A stretch of 64,000 bases of DNA from Bugula neritina (Eukaryota > Animalia > Bryozoa): positions 3,348,001-3,412,000 of the forward strand of contig OZ037766.1 of the NCBI GenBank assembly GCA_964035545.1, in the 5' to 3' direction. Below the pieces are notes generated by a model. That model was given only the letters and a program-made list of their open reading frames with translations. It ran no database searches and was not told the origin of the DNA. A program made the translations under genes and the position numbers. Shown one piece after another: positions 27,501 to 41,289 of this stretch (positions within the stretch are counted from its first letter, which is position 1; the number at the start of each line of letters is the position of its first letter).

Positions 27501-29216
27501 ACATAAATTATGTTTACAAAAATCTTTAAACTTATAGAATAATGTTCAATATATTATACTTTTGCAATAAACTGCACTGTTGCTATATTATTATAACAGC
27601 ATTATGGTTGTATATTAATCATGTTGTTCATATTTTATAAAATCATTAATTTGCTGCAAATAGTTAGTATTCATACACAAAATTATAAAAGGTAGTTTTA
27701 TTTCCATATAAATTGATGGTCTAAGGTGTAGTTAAAATTTTAATATCAAATTAGTCTATAGAGTGCTACATTGTTGTTTACTATTTTTGATTTTGTTTTT
27801 AAACCCTAATGATTATAGTCCACTGCAGCTATCCATTTCTTATAACAAAAGCTACTTTACAGCGACATGAATTCTGAATTCAGAATAATTTAATTTAAAT
27901 TCCATGCACTTATATATCTTTCTTTATATGTAATAATATAGTTGTTTATTACTTGAGGTGAAGTCAATGACAGTTATATGTTTTACTTGTTTCACAACTG
28001 AGGTATTTGGTTAATCTCACATTTCATCATGTAAATGTTTTGCAAGGAGACTCAATGAGAGCTCAATAATTCAGTAATTATTTTGAATAATCACACAACG
28101 CTACTAGCAATCTCATTTCTTGTGCAGATTATATTTTCCTTTAAAATCGTCAACTTGTAGCAACTATACTTGTGACTCATACAATGTATTTGTTGACTGA
28201 GTCAAAAGTTTGGATTCAGGAATGCTTACAAACTGTATAAAGTCTGAACTATACACACTATAGTTGTAACTCAGTTGGCTTCAACCAATATGTGTTACAA
28301 AGTGAAAAGTGTTCCAGGCTTATCATGGTTTGGGAGTGATTTGATTGGCCGATATTAGAAAACACATCATTTTATTGGTTATAGCTGATTATCATCACTC
28401 ATGAGTCCATATAATACATATATAATTGAAAGCATTAAGCAGCTGTGTATATTTACTAACCTTGGAGTATAGAGAAACAGACACATCTTTTAATACTCTA
28501 TAATAACAATATTGTCACATCTTAGTAAACATATCATTGGATAGTTCACACTCAACAGATACTGCAGGTAAAAAACTACACTATATATTATAATATGTTA
28601 TGTTATGTTATATAGTATATTATATATTATATAAGAAACACTAGTATACAGTATATATATATCATATTAAAAATGATGAGTGACCAGATATTTAAATAAG
28701 ATTTTCTAATATAATACTGCATATAATAAACTCTTTTTGTAAGTTGTTGAAATGTAATATATAATAGTCACATTAAATATGACATGACACGAAATATCGC
28801 AAATATAGACAAAGTATATATCCTAGCTTTTGGTGAGTATTTCTAGATGATGCTAAGCTCCCTCTTGCTATAAAGGCTATAGCACCTCATGCTCTAATTA
28901 ATAGAATTGTGTTACTGAGCTTAATCTTTTTATTAGAAGCTAGCTATATATATATACTCTACTTTATTTTTAGTAACAAAAAAGGCTAATATAGTGGTGT
29001 TGTTAAATATTAAGAAAATTTTGATTTGCAGTAAATGTAGAAGCTATATAGTTTGCTTACATGTACGCATTATGATAGAATTGCTACTGGTTCAACTCAT
29101 ATTCTCATTAAATGTTATAGGTAAAAACAATTATAAGTTATAGTGTCAATGTATAAGGGGGCTGAAGGACTAGAACTACACAACAAAGTGAATTCAATTC
29201 AATTCATGACTGCATC

Positions 29217-29792
29217 TTAGCTCCAATGTTTTTACAGGGTATATAGTGATCACTATTGGAAATTCCAGCCTTACTAGTTAAAAGGTTGACAGTGGCTCAA
29301 CTCAGTTCATTGCCTTATCTGACAAATACATGGCATTGTTGGATCATTTGCAATAACTTCCAACTTTTTTTACATCTGTCAGAGTACCTAGCTCACAACA
29401 ATAGATTTGTCTATACTATACTTTATATACCGCTCCTGACTATAGTGTGTTATACATAATATATTATAGAAAAGCCAAGTAATTCATATATTTGACTGGA
29501 TTTTAGCTCCAATGTCTGTTTACAGGGTATAGTGATCACTATTGGAAATTCCAACGTTTCTAATTATAAAGCTGACATTGGAAATTCCAGCCTTACTAAT
29601 TAATTAAAAGGTTGACAGTGCCTCAACACAGTTCATTGCCTTAGCTGACAACTACATAATATTGTTGGATCACTTCCAACTTTTTTTACATCTATCAGAG
29701 TACCTAGCTCACAACAATAGATTTGTCTATACTATACTTTATATACCGCTCCTGACTATAGTGTGTTATACATAATATAGAAAAGCCAAGTA
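29217..29792 (+). repeat. About 285-bp direct tandem duplication carrying three GGAAATTCC sites
   Basis: 29217-29481 repeated at 29503-29792; single copy in A1 (about 11330-11620). Confidence 0.85.
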
Positions 29793-30064
29793 TTTCTACA
29801 GCCTCAATTGAAGAGTCAAAAGAAACATTAATTGTATGAAATTTTTTCCATTACAAGCAATATACCATATAATATATTTATTATACTCCTGTAACACTTA
29901 ACTAACCGTACTTTTATAAAAACAAATCATACTTTTTATACAATTATCAAATTATAAACAATGGCAACAAGTGTCATAAAAATAAACATGCACTAGCTTA
30001 TTTATAGTAAGCTATAGTTTATGGGGTATATAAGTAATAATTAATCACCTAATCTTACAATTCT

Positions 30065-30285
30065 ACTCAATCGCATCCGATCGCGCAAGTTGGAAAAGCA
30101 AGCTATAAAATGCCATCTCACAGCTGCAGGGAAGAAAAACTTCTCAGTGCAGCTGCTGAAAACAGGGCACACAGAAGGGCTCAGGTCACCACCAACAGAC
30201 CGGGTTCACTTACAAGTGTGACCTTTGTGGCAAGGACTACCACTCAGCCCAACCGTAAGGTGCATTCCATGCGTTGGAATCTACT
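30065..30285 (+). mobile_element. RTE-clade LINE 3' fragment (duplicate of 11890-12145 with an internal deletion)
   Basis: Direct similarity to the 11890-12145 fragment. Confidence 0.7.
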
Positions 30286-30359
30286 AAGCTTTCTGACAGT
30301 TTATAATAATATAACTTGTTAGGCTACAGTCTACACATTTGTAGTAGTTTATATTGTGT

Positions 30360-31420
30360 TGTCCTGGTCAAACATTCTGTTGACTTGGTCAATCAATCTA
30401 GTGTGCGTTATCCCATGTTATGTGTGGGTTATCCCATGTTATGTGTGATCTGCGAATTAAACTACGTTGAAATACATTTTCCTATTCACAAACGTATGTA
30501 AACGTAGACTTTCTTTGTTTGTGTTTGTGTTTGTTACTCATACTACTCACACTGGCTGTACTAATTCTTCATTACTTCATTGCATTCATTTCATTCCAAG
30601 GGTGAAGTGAGCAAGCTATCCTACATGTTTACTATATCTGCAGGTAATGCTTTATAATTTATATTAATATAGGAACAGTATAAAGCTATACCCTGAAACA
30701 GTGAATAGTCTGTAATAGAAGAACTATAGACACAAACAAAGAACTCCTAAAAGCTTCATTCAGCTCAGGTGAGTAAAATAAGTTTCTATATAATAATATA
30801 ATACAGTAATAGTATATTGTAGTTAGAATGATGTATGTTAGTTTATATATGATAATAATTGAAGACCTCAAAGGAAAAATGGCATATGTCCAATTTTTCG
30901 AATTTTCACAAATTGAAAATTAAAGTTTGGAAACTTGCAACTGCTATCGATATGAATCAATTCTAACCAAATTTCATATTATGGTTTTTGAACATGTTTC
31001 AAACAACTAGACAAAAGGAAATTTGACCAAGTTTACATAAAATACATAATTTGCTAGCAATTTGCGCACCGTCATTGGTCAATTGTTATCACATGACTGG
31101 ACATAAGTTATTTTTCTTTTGTGATGACTGGACATAGGTCTTTGTTGCTTTGGGGTGGGTTTCAAATCCAGCCTTAAAACCATGGACAAAATTTGTTTTT
31201 TTCTTTGATAATTTTATGACTAAAACTTTAATACTTGAGCTATCCAAGGGAAGAAAAATCTCATTTTTTTTGAAAATGGACAAATGTCGTTTTTCTTTTG
31301 AGGTCTTCAATTATAATATAAATATTGTATATGTTTTCAGCAATAGAATGCTCACTACTACTATAGTTATAAACTCATTTATAGAGAAGTGCATACATCT
31401 AGTAATATGACAATACTATA
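30360..31420 (+). pseudogene. Type B' micropeptide locus with the coding exon deleted
   Basis: Aligns to about 12228-12770 (palindrome 30380, donors 30644 and 30769). After ...gagaagtgcatacatct (31400) it jumps to sequence matching about 13105 onward, skipping the acceptor and ORF found at 12838-12962. Confidence 0.75.
30861..31308. mobile_element. 448-bp MITE with about 32-bp TIRs and AATT TSD (Sola-like)
   Basis: gaagacctcaaaggaaaaatggcatatgtcca / tggacaaatgtcgtttttcttttgaggtcttc, flanked by AATT; empty site near 12681. Confidence 0.85.
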
Positions 31421-32019
31421 CTTTAAGTAATTATAGCTGCTATTTATAATCTTTATATACTAATTATAAATTCATTCTTATATCAAACTATAAAAATTCA
31501 TATCATAAGCAGTTTGCAAAAGTAACAACTATTGTAGAGGTTCACATAATTATGCTGCCTATATATGAACTATTAGCTACATATTATAATAAAATTGTTC
31601 ACTTCAACTCGATTTTCAAGTTTAACTGTGGCTTTAATTTTAACTTTCCAACTTCTTGCATATCATGGCGTAGAAATACTATTGCGTACATACATTATAT
31701 GCATTGATCACAGTGATTGTTATTAGCAAGATGAAGGTGTATTAGAATAGAAAACTGCCTCAGTACTTTTTACTTCAATCACACTGCATGGTACACAAAA
31801 TGAAGTCCACAAATTTTTTAATGATTTCAGAAATGATAGCTCAAACTTGCCAACTATTGGTTTATATCAGAATAACGTTTATATAATTATATTACTGAAC
31901 TTTCAATAAATGAGATCTTCCTCTCACTTAAACCAAGATATATTGTCAATGTGTAGAGTTTATTTGGAGCCGTGCTACCTTGGATTAGGTTAGTTTAATA
32001 GCAGCCTTATAACATATTT

Positions 32020-32023
<4 letters not shown>

Positions 32024-32091
<68 letters not shown>
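32024..32091. repeat. (TA)n microsatellite, expanded relative to the paralogous site near 13700
   Basis: Directly visible. Confidence 0.97.
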
Positions 32092-32096
<5 letters not shown>

Positions 32097-35000
32097 ATGT
32101 TTATATAAAATATCTCAGGCCTATACATATTTTCATAAAACATTTTACTACACTCTATATCATGATGCATTCTTATACATACATGGGTATCATTATTCTT
32201 TATGAAATAAAAACCTATCTTGTTTATCTCTTCACAAGCATGCAATGACTGTATATATAGTAACTTTAAACTTGTACTGACTTAGTCAAAATCTGTCAAA
32301 CTCGTTCATATTTTTGTTCAAATGCTTTTTACTATATATTTCACAAGCTTTTCCTAAACTAAAAATTATATCTGTTGATAAAGTGTTATAAAGAGTGAAC
32401 TTATATATAAAATCTATTATAGACCTATAACATATACATAGACCTATATATGTGGGATCTATATACTATATAGACACCGTGACTTACAGCTTTAAAGATA
32501 CATGGTTTATTAAAATATATATTATATAAGAAACATGTATTTAAAAATTAATACTAAAATTTTTTACTTTTTTATTGAAATGTGATACATTTGTATAATT
32601 AGTAATTAGTAATTAGTAATAGTATTTTTATCAAAGGCAAGATAAAACACAATCATTTTTGTATAAACTACTTTTTTACTATAATGAAACAATCCACAGT
32701 CTAAATCTAGCGTTTAAATCCATTTTTAGCATATCACTGGTCTCATGACAATCAAATAAGTGAAGCTAGATTACGTACACAAAGTTTATCCAAAGGTGTC
32801 AATTTATAGATTAATTATTGAAAATTCTGACTACCTATATATAACGCTACTGCATGTTTATACAAAACAGTAAATTCGGTATTTGCTACACATTTTACTT
32901 TATAAATTTTTATACAAGATAATAAGTATAAATAATAGAATAGTATCAAACAACATTAATAAAAATATTATAAAGTTTGACACCAAGAATTATATATTTA
33001 GTGACTTGGTCAACATTGGTCAAACCCTGTCAACATTTGTCCAACTTGTTCATAACTTCAAAATACTTTTTTTGCATTTATACTATCTACAGTTCCATTA
33101 TCGAATTATGCATTGATTAACTATATAGTTGGATGGAAGCAAAACTGAAGCCCAAAATTAAATAATATAAACATGTATTGACTATTGTTACAATCAGGCT
33201 TTGAGGAATTTCACTGGTCACCTAATCAGCATATTTGACTAGGGTTGACTAACAACATTGCAGCTAGAGTGATTATTGATATATAAACATAGAGGCAAGC
33301 AGTTGTGCATTATATATATTATATAATACCATCCTTGTATATAGTATATATTATAGAGAGAAGGACACATCTTTTAATACTCAATGATATAGCTGCATCT
33401 TAATAGATTTAATATTGGATAGCAAACTAACATATACTGCAGGTGGGAATTTCTATACACTACATCATACTATAATATATTTGATTAAATTACATTGTGC
33501 TATAGGAATGATCTATTGAGTTGGATTGCAACAAGTATGGAGCAACAATCTTAATCTTTGAATTTATTGTTCACTCCTTGTCTTGTACTCTAAATCAAAA
33601 AAATCAAAAATAGTTAGATTCTGTACGAAAACATATATATATACATATAAGTAACCTTCAAATAATATCAACAAAAGCAAAAACTTCAAAATTATGATGA
33701 CACTTACGAACATCAGCTCTTTAGAGCGTCTTCCTGGCAAGCGAAACTACTAACAATCAACTATAAGTTAATGCAAACCACAATTAATCGTAAGGGCATC
33801 CATACGCATTCATTCGCTTTCGTGGAAACGCAGTGCTTACATTTCTGCTTATAGCAGCAATCTAGCTTACAATTCTATAACATTATATATTATAATTGGA
33901 TCACTTTCAGCCAAAGATTTTAATAACCTTGGTCACAGCTGTGAGAGTAGCTAAAAACAATATAATTTGCTTGATTATATTACTTTAATCCTGATTATTT
34001 GTGCTGTGGCATAAATGGAATAACTTTACTATAAAATACTATTAATTATACTAAGAATTTATGTTTAGTGTTCTAAATTTAGAAATTTTATATGATTAGT
34101 TTAGAGAATTTGCTGCAAATATATAATTTTTGTATGAACAGTTACTTAGCTGTTGTGAAAGTAAAATTTTATGGTATAGTTTATAGGAGCAGAATTTTCA
34201 TCTCTACATAATTATTGTCAGTTAAATTGGATATCAGTGTACACTATACACAATAGCTAATATATGACTATCTTTTATGTATGAAGTTGTGGAGTAGTGT
34301 TCCACACTTCTCCAACATTATTATATATATATGTTTTAGGTTACACAAACACACTTATACTGCATAACTTGTAGTACTTTAGATTGTGTTTCCCCGGTCA
34401 AACATTGTGTTGACTTGGTCAATCTGATGCAGTGGGTTATTCTCATGTTGTGTGTATGTATGTGTAATGTGTATGTGTGCAATTTTGCCTTACTATTATA
34501 ACTTACAATATTACTGTGCCTGAGTATTATATATAAAGCTCTAAAGTATAAAAAAACACTCGCTGTAATCGCTTCATTCAGTGTCATTCTAACTGTGAAC
34601 AGGGCAAGTTACTGCTTACTAAATACATACATTTTGCATGATAATATATTATAACATATTAATGTATAGGAACAGTATATACAGTTATACCCTGAAACAT
34701 TGGATTATAGTCTGAAATAGAAGAACTGAACACAAACAAATAAATCTAAAAGTCACATTCAGCTCAGGTGAGTAAAATATGTTCCTATACACAACTGAAT
34801 ACTATAATACAGTGAAGATACAAAATATTTAATGTGCTTCAGCTGTAAATCAATTATATGGTATTTAAAAATACATATACTGTAGGTAAGAGTTTAAATT
34901 ATACTAAATATTATATTATATATTAACCAATTTAACATTATCATTATATAAAGAAACAGTATATATATAGTATTTAGACTAATTTTCAGTAACTTGATAT

Positions 35001-35171
35001 GATGAAGAAAAGTGTATTATAATGTTTATAATATTTTCAACATTATTGTATCACTCAGACATACATTATGTGCGAGAGATTAATTTTTCTATACTTGGGC
35101 AAAATATACCCAATTTTTGTGCTGTTCAGATTTATTCCTAGAAAAATTAATTTTGTTTTAGAGTTTTCAAC

Positions 35172-35252
35172 ATGGCCTCAGCAGAACCTATCAAGAACCA
35201 GGAACAGCCAGATGATGGTGGGACTGAGGTGGAGGAAGCTGAGATTATATAA
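35172..35252 (+). CDS. Acidic micropeptide, copy 6 (type C), 26 aa: MASAEPIKNQEQPDDGGTEVEEAEII
   Basis: aacATGG; acceptor ttttgttttAG 35160-35161; donors at 33443, 34768 and 34886; AATAAA near 35383. Confidence 0.8.
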   Translation: MASAEPIKNQEQPDDGGTEVEEAEII

Positions 35253-35677
35253 GCAGGATTTCAGATGTATCTATTTTATACTCGCTATAACCTATATATA
35301 ATATACTTTACAAGGAACTGCAATATTTGTCCTCCATTCCATGTTTATGTTCTCATAAATTTCCTTATGATATGCACATCTAAATAAATCCTAAACTCAA
35401 GACTTTTATTTGTTATCAAATTTAAGTGCCCAACTTAGAAAATGATAATTACTGTCATTAGGTGGCAATCTGTGTCTTTTCTTATCAGCCACTATTCAAG
35501 ATGACAGACTCTGACTCAGTCAACATTTGTCAAACATTTAGAAAGCTTCGAAAAGTGCTATTTTGAGTTCTGAATTTAGTGCTGAAATGTCATTTAATAT
35601 AATATACTACCACGTAATGTTGACATTACAATAGAACACTATGCAGGATGCAACATTGCAATGCAGATGATGTAGAG

Positions 35678-35870
35678 CAGGGATGGGCAAATGTTTTTGA
35701 AATGGGGCCAGATCTCTAGATTTAAGGCGTAAGAAGGGCCAGGTAAATTCAAGGTACAATATGCTGCATTACCAAATGCAAATATAAATTGCTTTTTTAT
35801 GTTTCCTGGACTGTAAGTATAAATTGCAAAATGTGGATGCAGGGAGGGGGTCGCCATTTGCCCATCCCTG
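35678..35870. mobile_element. 193-bp hAT MITE
   Basis: 16-bp TIR cagggatgggcaaatg / catttgcccatccctg; perfect 8-bp TSD atgtagag; absent from the paralogous region near 48010. Confidence 0.92.
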
Positions 35871-38800
35871 ATGTAGAGTATTACTGGCCTTGCCCCTCTT
35901 TTGTGACTGCTGATTGTTGAAGTTGTCTTCTCTCGGTGTAGGGTAAATTGCAATCACTAAGTAAATGAAGTTTTTAGACTTTTATCATAACTTGCAGTTA
36001 ATTTAAACTTATTGGTTCAATTAATTCAAAACCGATTGGATCATTTGATTCTGTGAGCTTTTAGACTTTCTCTTTAGTTTTCAGTTTATGAATTTGACCT
36101 AATACATTTTCTCTTATAGCAACAGCAATTCTAACTTGTGATTAAAAAATTCTGGTTACAACTCGCAACATTTATAACAACACATTGCTTTGGTGCACCA
36201 TAAGTCTGCCGTGGTGTTATATTAATTTTTAAACAAGCCTAAATGAACTGTGAAATATTTGTGAAGAAATCAAATTTACTAAACTTTTATTAAAAATTTC
36301 TTCAAAAAAGTTCAAGCTTGTAAATGCAAACGAGACACTGGAGTGGTACTGGCTTTTAGTTTCTAGTGCTTCAATTAGAGAAAAGACAACTCACATTAAT
36401 TTTAAATTATTTATTATAATTAATAAAGTTTAATCCCATGTTCTACAAGTTGTCTGCTCTTGGTTACATTCAGGTATTCAAGAAGATTTTCCTGTTGCTA
36501 AGCAATGCCGATAAAAAATTATACACTCGTTGGAGCAGATGACGTGTACAGTCAACACCTGAAGCCAAATTCTTATTTTGAAGTTGAAGCTTAGTGTGTT
36601 GCCAGGCAACCTACAACACAGCCAAAAAATTAAAAACTTTGTTTAAAGAAGTTGTCTGTTCTTTGATAAATTCAGTGTCAATAAACAAGTATAGAAAGTA
36701 TAGAAAGCTGCTTTATAGCATTCTTGGATTAATTGAATAAACACAATCGTATTGAAGCATTCGGAATCTCAAAATATGAAATGGTTTTGAAGTAATTTTG
36801 ATAAAGCCTACCAACCAGACTACTTTATATAGTTAATGCTTTAACTGAAGATAACACTGAAGTAACTTTGATTGATTGAGTACACAAAGTAAAGTCCATA
36901 CATTCTCTCAGAGTTTTTTCAGCCACTCTTGGTTTCTCATCATATGGATAACACATCACATGACTTTATCATCAATAAATAACAAATGACATCACCCTCT
37001 CACTAACTAGCTGAAGATATTTTCAGTGTGTATAAGAGTCTATTTGGAGTTGTGTTACCTTGAATTAGATGAGTTTCCAGAAACTGTTATAATAATATTA
37101 TTATGATTATACACATATAGCAGTATTTATATAAAACATCTCACCCTATACACATTTTCATATAACATTTTACTATACTGCACTCTACATTATACATATT
37201 TAATTTATACCATTGCTCTTCATGGTAGACAAATGGAGTTGTTTCTCACTTATGCTAATGAACTATACAATGGTCTTAGACTTGTACTAACTTGGTCAAC
37301 ATCTGTCAAACTCGTTCATATTTTCCATATTCAAATGCTTTTTATACTATAAATTATGGTTTATTACTTTTGTGATATAATTCATGCTTTAATTCTACCA
37401 CAATTAAATTTTAGATTAGCTCATAAAACGTACTGCATCATTTCCATCATTCGCATTACTCGAATGAACTTTTCATTTTTACTCAGACTTACATATATAT
37501 AATGACAATTAGCCAACATTTGCCAAACTTGTTCATATCTTGAAATATATTCTTTGCATTAAAATATTATTTTGCTTCTATATGTATTTTTTCATTGTAA
37601 TAAGGCCAGCATAAATAATAAGCAAAAATGTTGTACTGATCCTTGATATATAATACCTGATGCATGATGTAATATTCTGTGAGGAAGTCTAACAAAAAGA
37701 TTTTTCTAGTATACAGACCAATTCAATTCATGTGCACAGTCTAAATCTTCCATTTGAATCCAAGCATTTTTAGTTCATATGCCACATTAGCCTCATAACA
37801 ATCAATCAAATGAAAATAGACTATGTATGCAAAGTTTATCCAAAGGTGTTTAACTTATAAATTAAGTCAACTTATTGAAAATTTTGACTACCTATATAGG
37901 CAGTACTGCTTATTATATAAAGCAGTAAACTTGGTATTTGCTCCACATTTACTTTATACATTTTTCTACAAGATAATAAATAGTAATAGAATTATAGTAT
38001 CAAAGAACATTAATAAAAATATTATAAAGTTTCACAGCAAGAATAGTATTTAGTGACTCGGTCAACATTGGTCAAACTCTGTCAACATTTGTCTAACTTG
38101 TTCATAACTTCGAAATACCTTTTTGCATTAAAATCATATTTTAATTTTAAATGTATTATTTTTAATTGCAAGGCAAGAAAAATAAGCAAAGAGTTAGTAG
38201 GTATTTATACGAAAAGCTTTTTTTTATAAAATATAATCTGCAGGTATCATAAGAAGCAAATAATATTTTTTACTCTTGAGAGTAATTTATGTTGCCCTTA
38301 TATAAATACAAGTATTTGTGGACTTTTTATTAATTTAAATATTTCTATCAAATAGATTTGAGAGCTTTTCAGCATGAATTAATATTTTATAGATTCTGAC
38401 TGGTTTGATTGGTTTCTTACTTAATTTGTTACTATCGTTACTGCAATATGTAACAGAAATGTATATGCTAAAGAAACTGTGCTTTAATTAAAACAGGATA
38501 CAGTAACAGTCGTGCAGCTAATATATATAACTAATTTCTCTGATGATAATGCAAATTATTCAAATTTTTGGACTGCTTAAATAATGATCAAAATCATAAC
38601 AGCTAGTATATAAAAGGCGAAAACATTTTATAATTAAATACTTATTCATATTAATTGCGCTAAACATTGTTAGCATTACTTTAGCCTGGACTTTCAAAAA
38701 ATTATTTTAAATTGAAATTAATAAGTGAGATATCAATTCAAAATAAATACTTATTAAATTGCAAAGCTGCTTCAAATTATTTATGTTAACCACAAAAGTG

Positions 38801-38985
38801 TCAATTACCAGCATTATATGTACAAAAATTTACATTGTATCCTACACCATATGGGACTTTGTAATATCATGTTATGTTAATTTAAGATTACTTTAATAAA
38901 ATCGTTTTCTCCTGATGTAATCTAGACTACTATTATTAGATTTTTACTATTGACAAACATAGTCAGCAAAGCATATTCTTTTAAT

Positions 38986-39067
38986 TTATTATAACCAGTA
39001 TTTACATTGAGTTTTGCAACATATTTTCATGTTTGTGATATGTAAGAAATAAATCAATCAATCAATA
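38986..39067 (+). mobile_element. Extreme 3' end of the same LINE family
   Basis: Matches the reverse complement of 22865-22940, including aataaatcaatcaatcaat. Confidence 0.7.
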
Positions 39068-40851
39068 ATAAAAAGCAACCCAGATCTCACCCTAGCTCTT
39101 CCCAGTTGAAAGACATTCACCAAAAAGCAAGCAATTTAGTCTATGAGTATTATATATCCCTTTAAAATTATCATCAACTTGTAACAACTACTTGTGACTC
39201 AGACAATATAATATGTTGACTGAGTCACAAGTTTGAATCTAAAAAAATAAAGCACAGAAGAGGGTATTATTCACTGGAGCATACACAGCTTGTATATAAA
39301 CTGATTCTTGTTCCAAGGTTTTGAGGAATTTAATTGGTCACAAGTAGCAGGCTGTATTTGACTATAGTTGACTAACAACAATGCAGCTAGAGCACACTAT
39401 TCATATAAACACAAAGGCAAGCAGTTGTGTATATATTAAAAAGTACCATCCTAATTAGAGTCTTATATATAGAGAAGCAGACACAGCTTTTAATACTCAA
39501 TGATATTGTCACATCTTAATAAACATAATATTGGATAGCAACCTAACAGGAATTGCGAGTAAGAAGCTACACTATATATTATATTAGAATAAATTATATC
39601 AAATTGTATCATATTGTATTACATTATACTATATTATATTGTTTTATATACGAAACACTACAAGTAAATAGCATGCATAGTACTATTATTAGTACTATAT
39701 ATGGAAGTTATCCTGCAACTACAACTATAACACTGTATCAGAGCGTCAATATAGCTAAAAGCTGTGAAATTAGCTCACAACAATAGATTTGTTTCCTATA
39801 TTTAACCATGCTGGATTATATTGCTTATACCGTTTCTCACTTTAACTGTTTTAATTCAAATGACCTCACTACAAAAGACTGTTCATTATAATATAACTAC
39901 AAAGAATTTATGTTTAGTATTCTAAATTTATAAACTTTATAGGATTAGTTTAAAAACAATTGCTATACAAATATATAATTTCTGTTTGAAAAGTTACCTA
40001 TGGCTGCTGTAAAAATAAATTTTGGCAGCTTATTCGAGCATCAAATCATATCAATAAATATTCAGTTACAGAGCATATCAGCATACTATTACACAATATA
40101 GTTATATACAATCATATGTATATGATTATCTATTATACATAAGAAAATAGTTGTCCACACTTCCTGGCTTTATTACTTGTTAATAGTTTACAGTTTACAC
40201 AAACTACACACACAATACTGCATAACTTGTAGTTTTATATTGTCCTAGTCCTACATTGCGTTGACTTAGTCAATCCATCTAGTGTGGGTTATTCCCAAGC
40301 CCATTATGAGCTCAATGTTAGATAATAAATATTATATATACTTGCTTATACACCACAAGAGTGAGGGAATAAGTATAAGTACGTACAGTACACTGCTGAT
40401 TACTTTATTCATGTCATTCCAAGTGTGAGGACAGCAGTTCCCTTATCACTTATATAGCTACAGATATTGTGTTATAACATATTAATATAGGAACAGTATA
40501 AAGTTATACCCTGAAACAGTGAATATAGTCTGCAATAGAAGAACTGAACACAAACAAATAAATCCTAAAAGTCACATTCAGCTCAGGTGAGTAAAATAAG
40601 TTCCTACATTATAATATTATAGTGATGGTATATTGTAGTTAGAATGGTGTATGTATGATATATAAATTATAATGATATGTAGATATGTAGATAGTATAAT
40701 ATGTTTTTAGCAATAAAATCTTAATCGTTTACATCACTTGTTACAGTTGACCCAATTTTAGGAAGTGTATATACAACTTATTACGACGTATTATTTTTTA
40801 TATACTGTAGAACAAAATATCACATAATATTATTTTATACTGTAGTACAAG

Positions 40852-40989
40852 ATGGCCGAACCTACCAAAAACCAGGAGAATCCAGATGATGGTGGTACAG
40901 AGGTAGAAGAGATTGTGACTATAAACAGGATGTCAGAAATAAACAACAACTGTGTCAGCAGAAATTATACAATATTTGCAAGGGAATGA
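40852..40989 (+). CDS. Acidic micropeptide, copy 7 (type B'), 45 aa: MAEPTKNQENPDDGGTEVEEIVTINRMSEINNNCVSRNYTIFARE
   Basis: Near-identical to copy 3 up to its stop; acceptor AG 40844-40845; donor CAG/GTGAGT at 40587; TATAAAG near 40496. Confidence 0.8.
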   Translation: MAEPTKNQENPDDGGTEVEEIVTINRMSEINNNCVSRNYTIFARE

Positions 40990-41289
40990 AAGACAGCCAG
41001 TTGACTGATCATAAAGACGCTGATATCTATATAACATAGCACATGCCCAATGAAAGTTGTTGTTTTATAGAAACATGTATATACTATCTTATTATCTATA
41101 TACTCTTTAGAATATAATTAAAGAAGTGAGCTCAAAAGGTTTAACATATTATTATACTTTTGGTTTTGTTTAGATTGCTTTTTTATACAAGCTGTAAATT
41201 ATGGTACATGTACATTACGTGTGTTTAGCAAAGATGTTAAGCTGCACCTTCTATATAGCCATATTTTACTATGATGTGTGAATCAAAAT

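Larger units (their letters stand above)
13951..32325 (+). repeat. Large tandem repeat unit A2 (18.4 kb; copies 4 and 5, the deleted copy, four extra TE insertions)
   Basis: Collinear with A1 at roughly 90% or higher identity by eye. Confidence 0.93.
34840..36690 (+). repeat. Type C block, paralogous to about 45860-48950
   Basis: Shared intron, coding exon, 3' region and the block ...cagtcaacacctgaagccaaattc... Confidence 0.85.
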
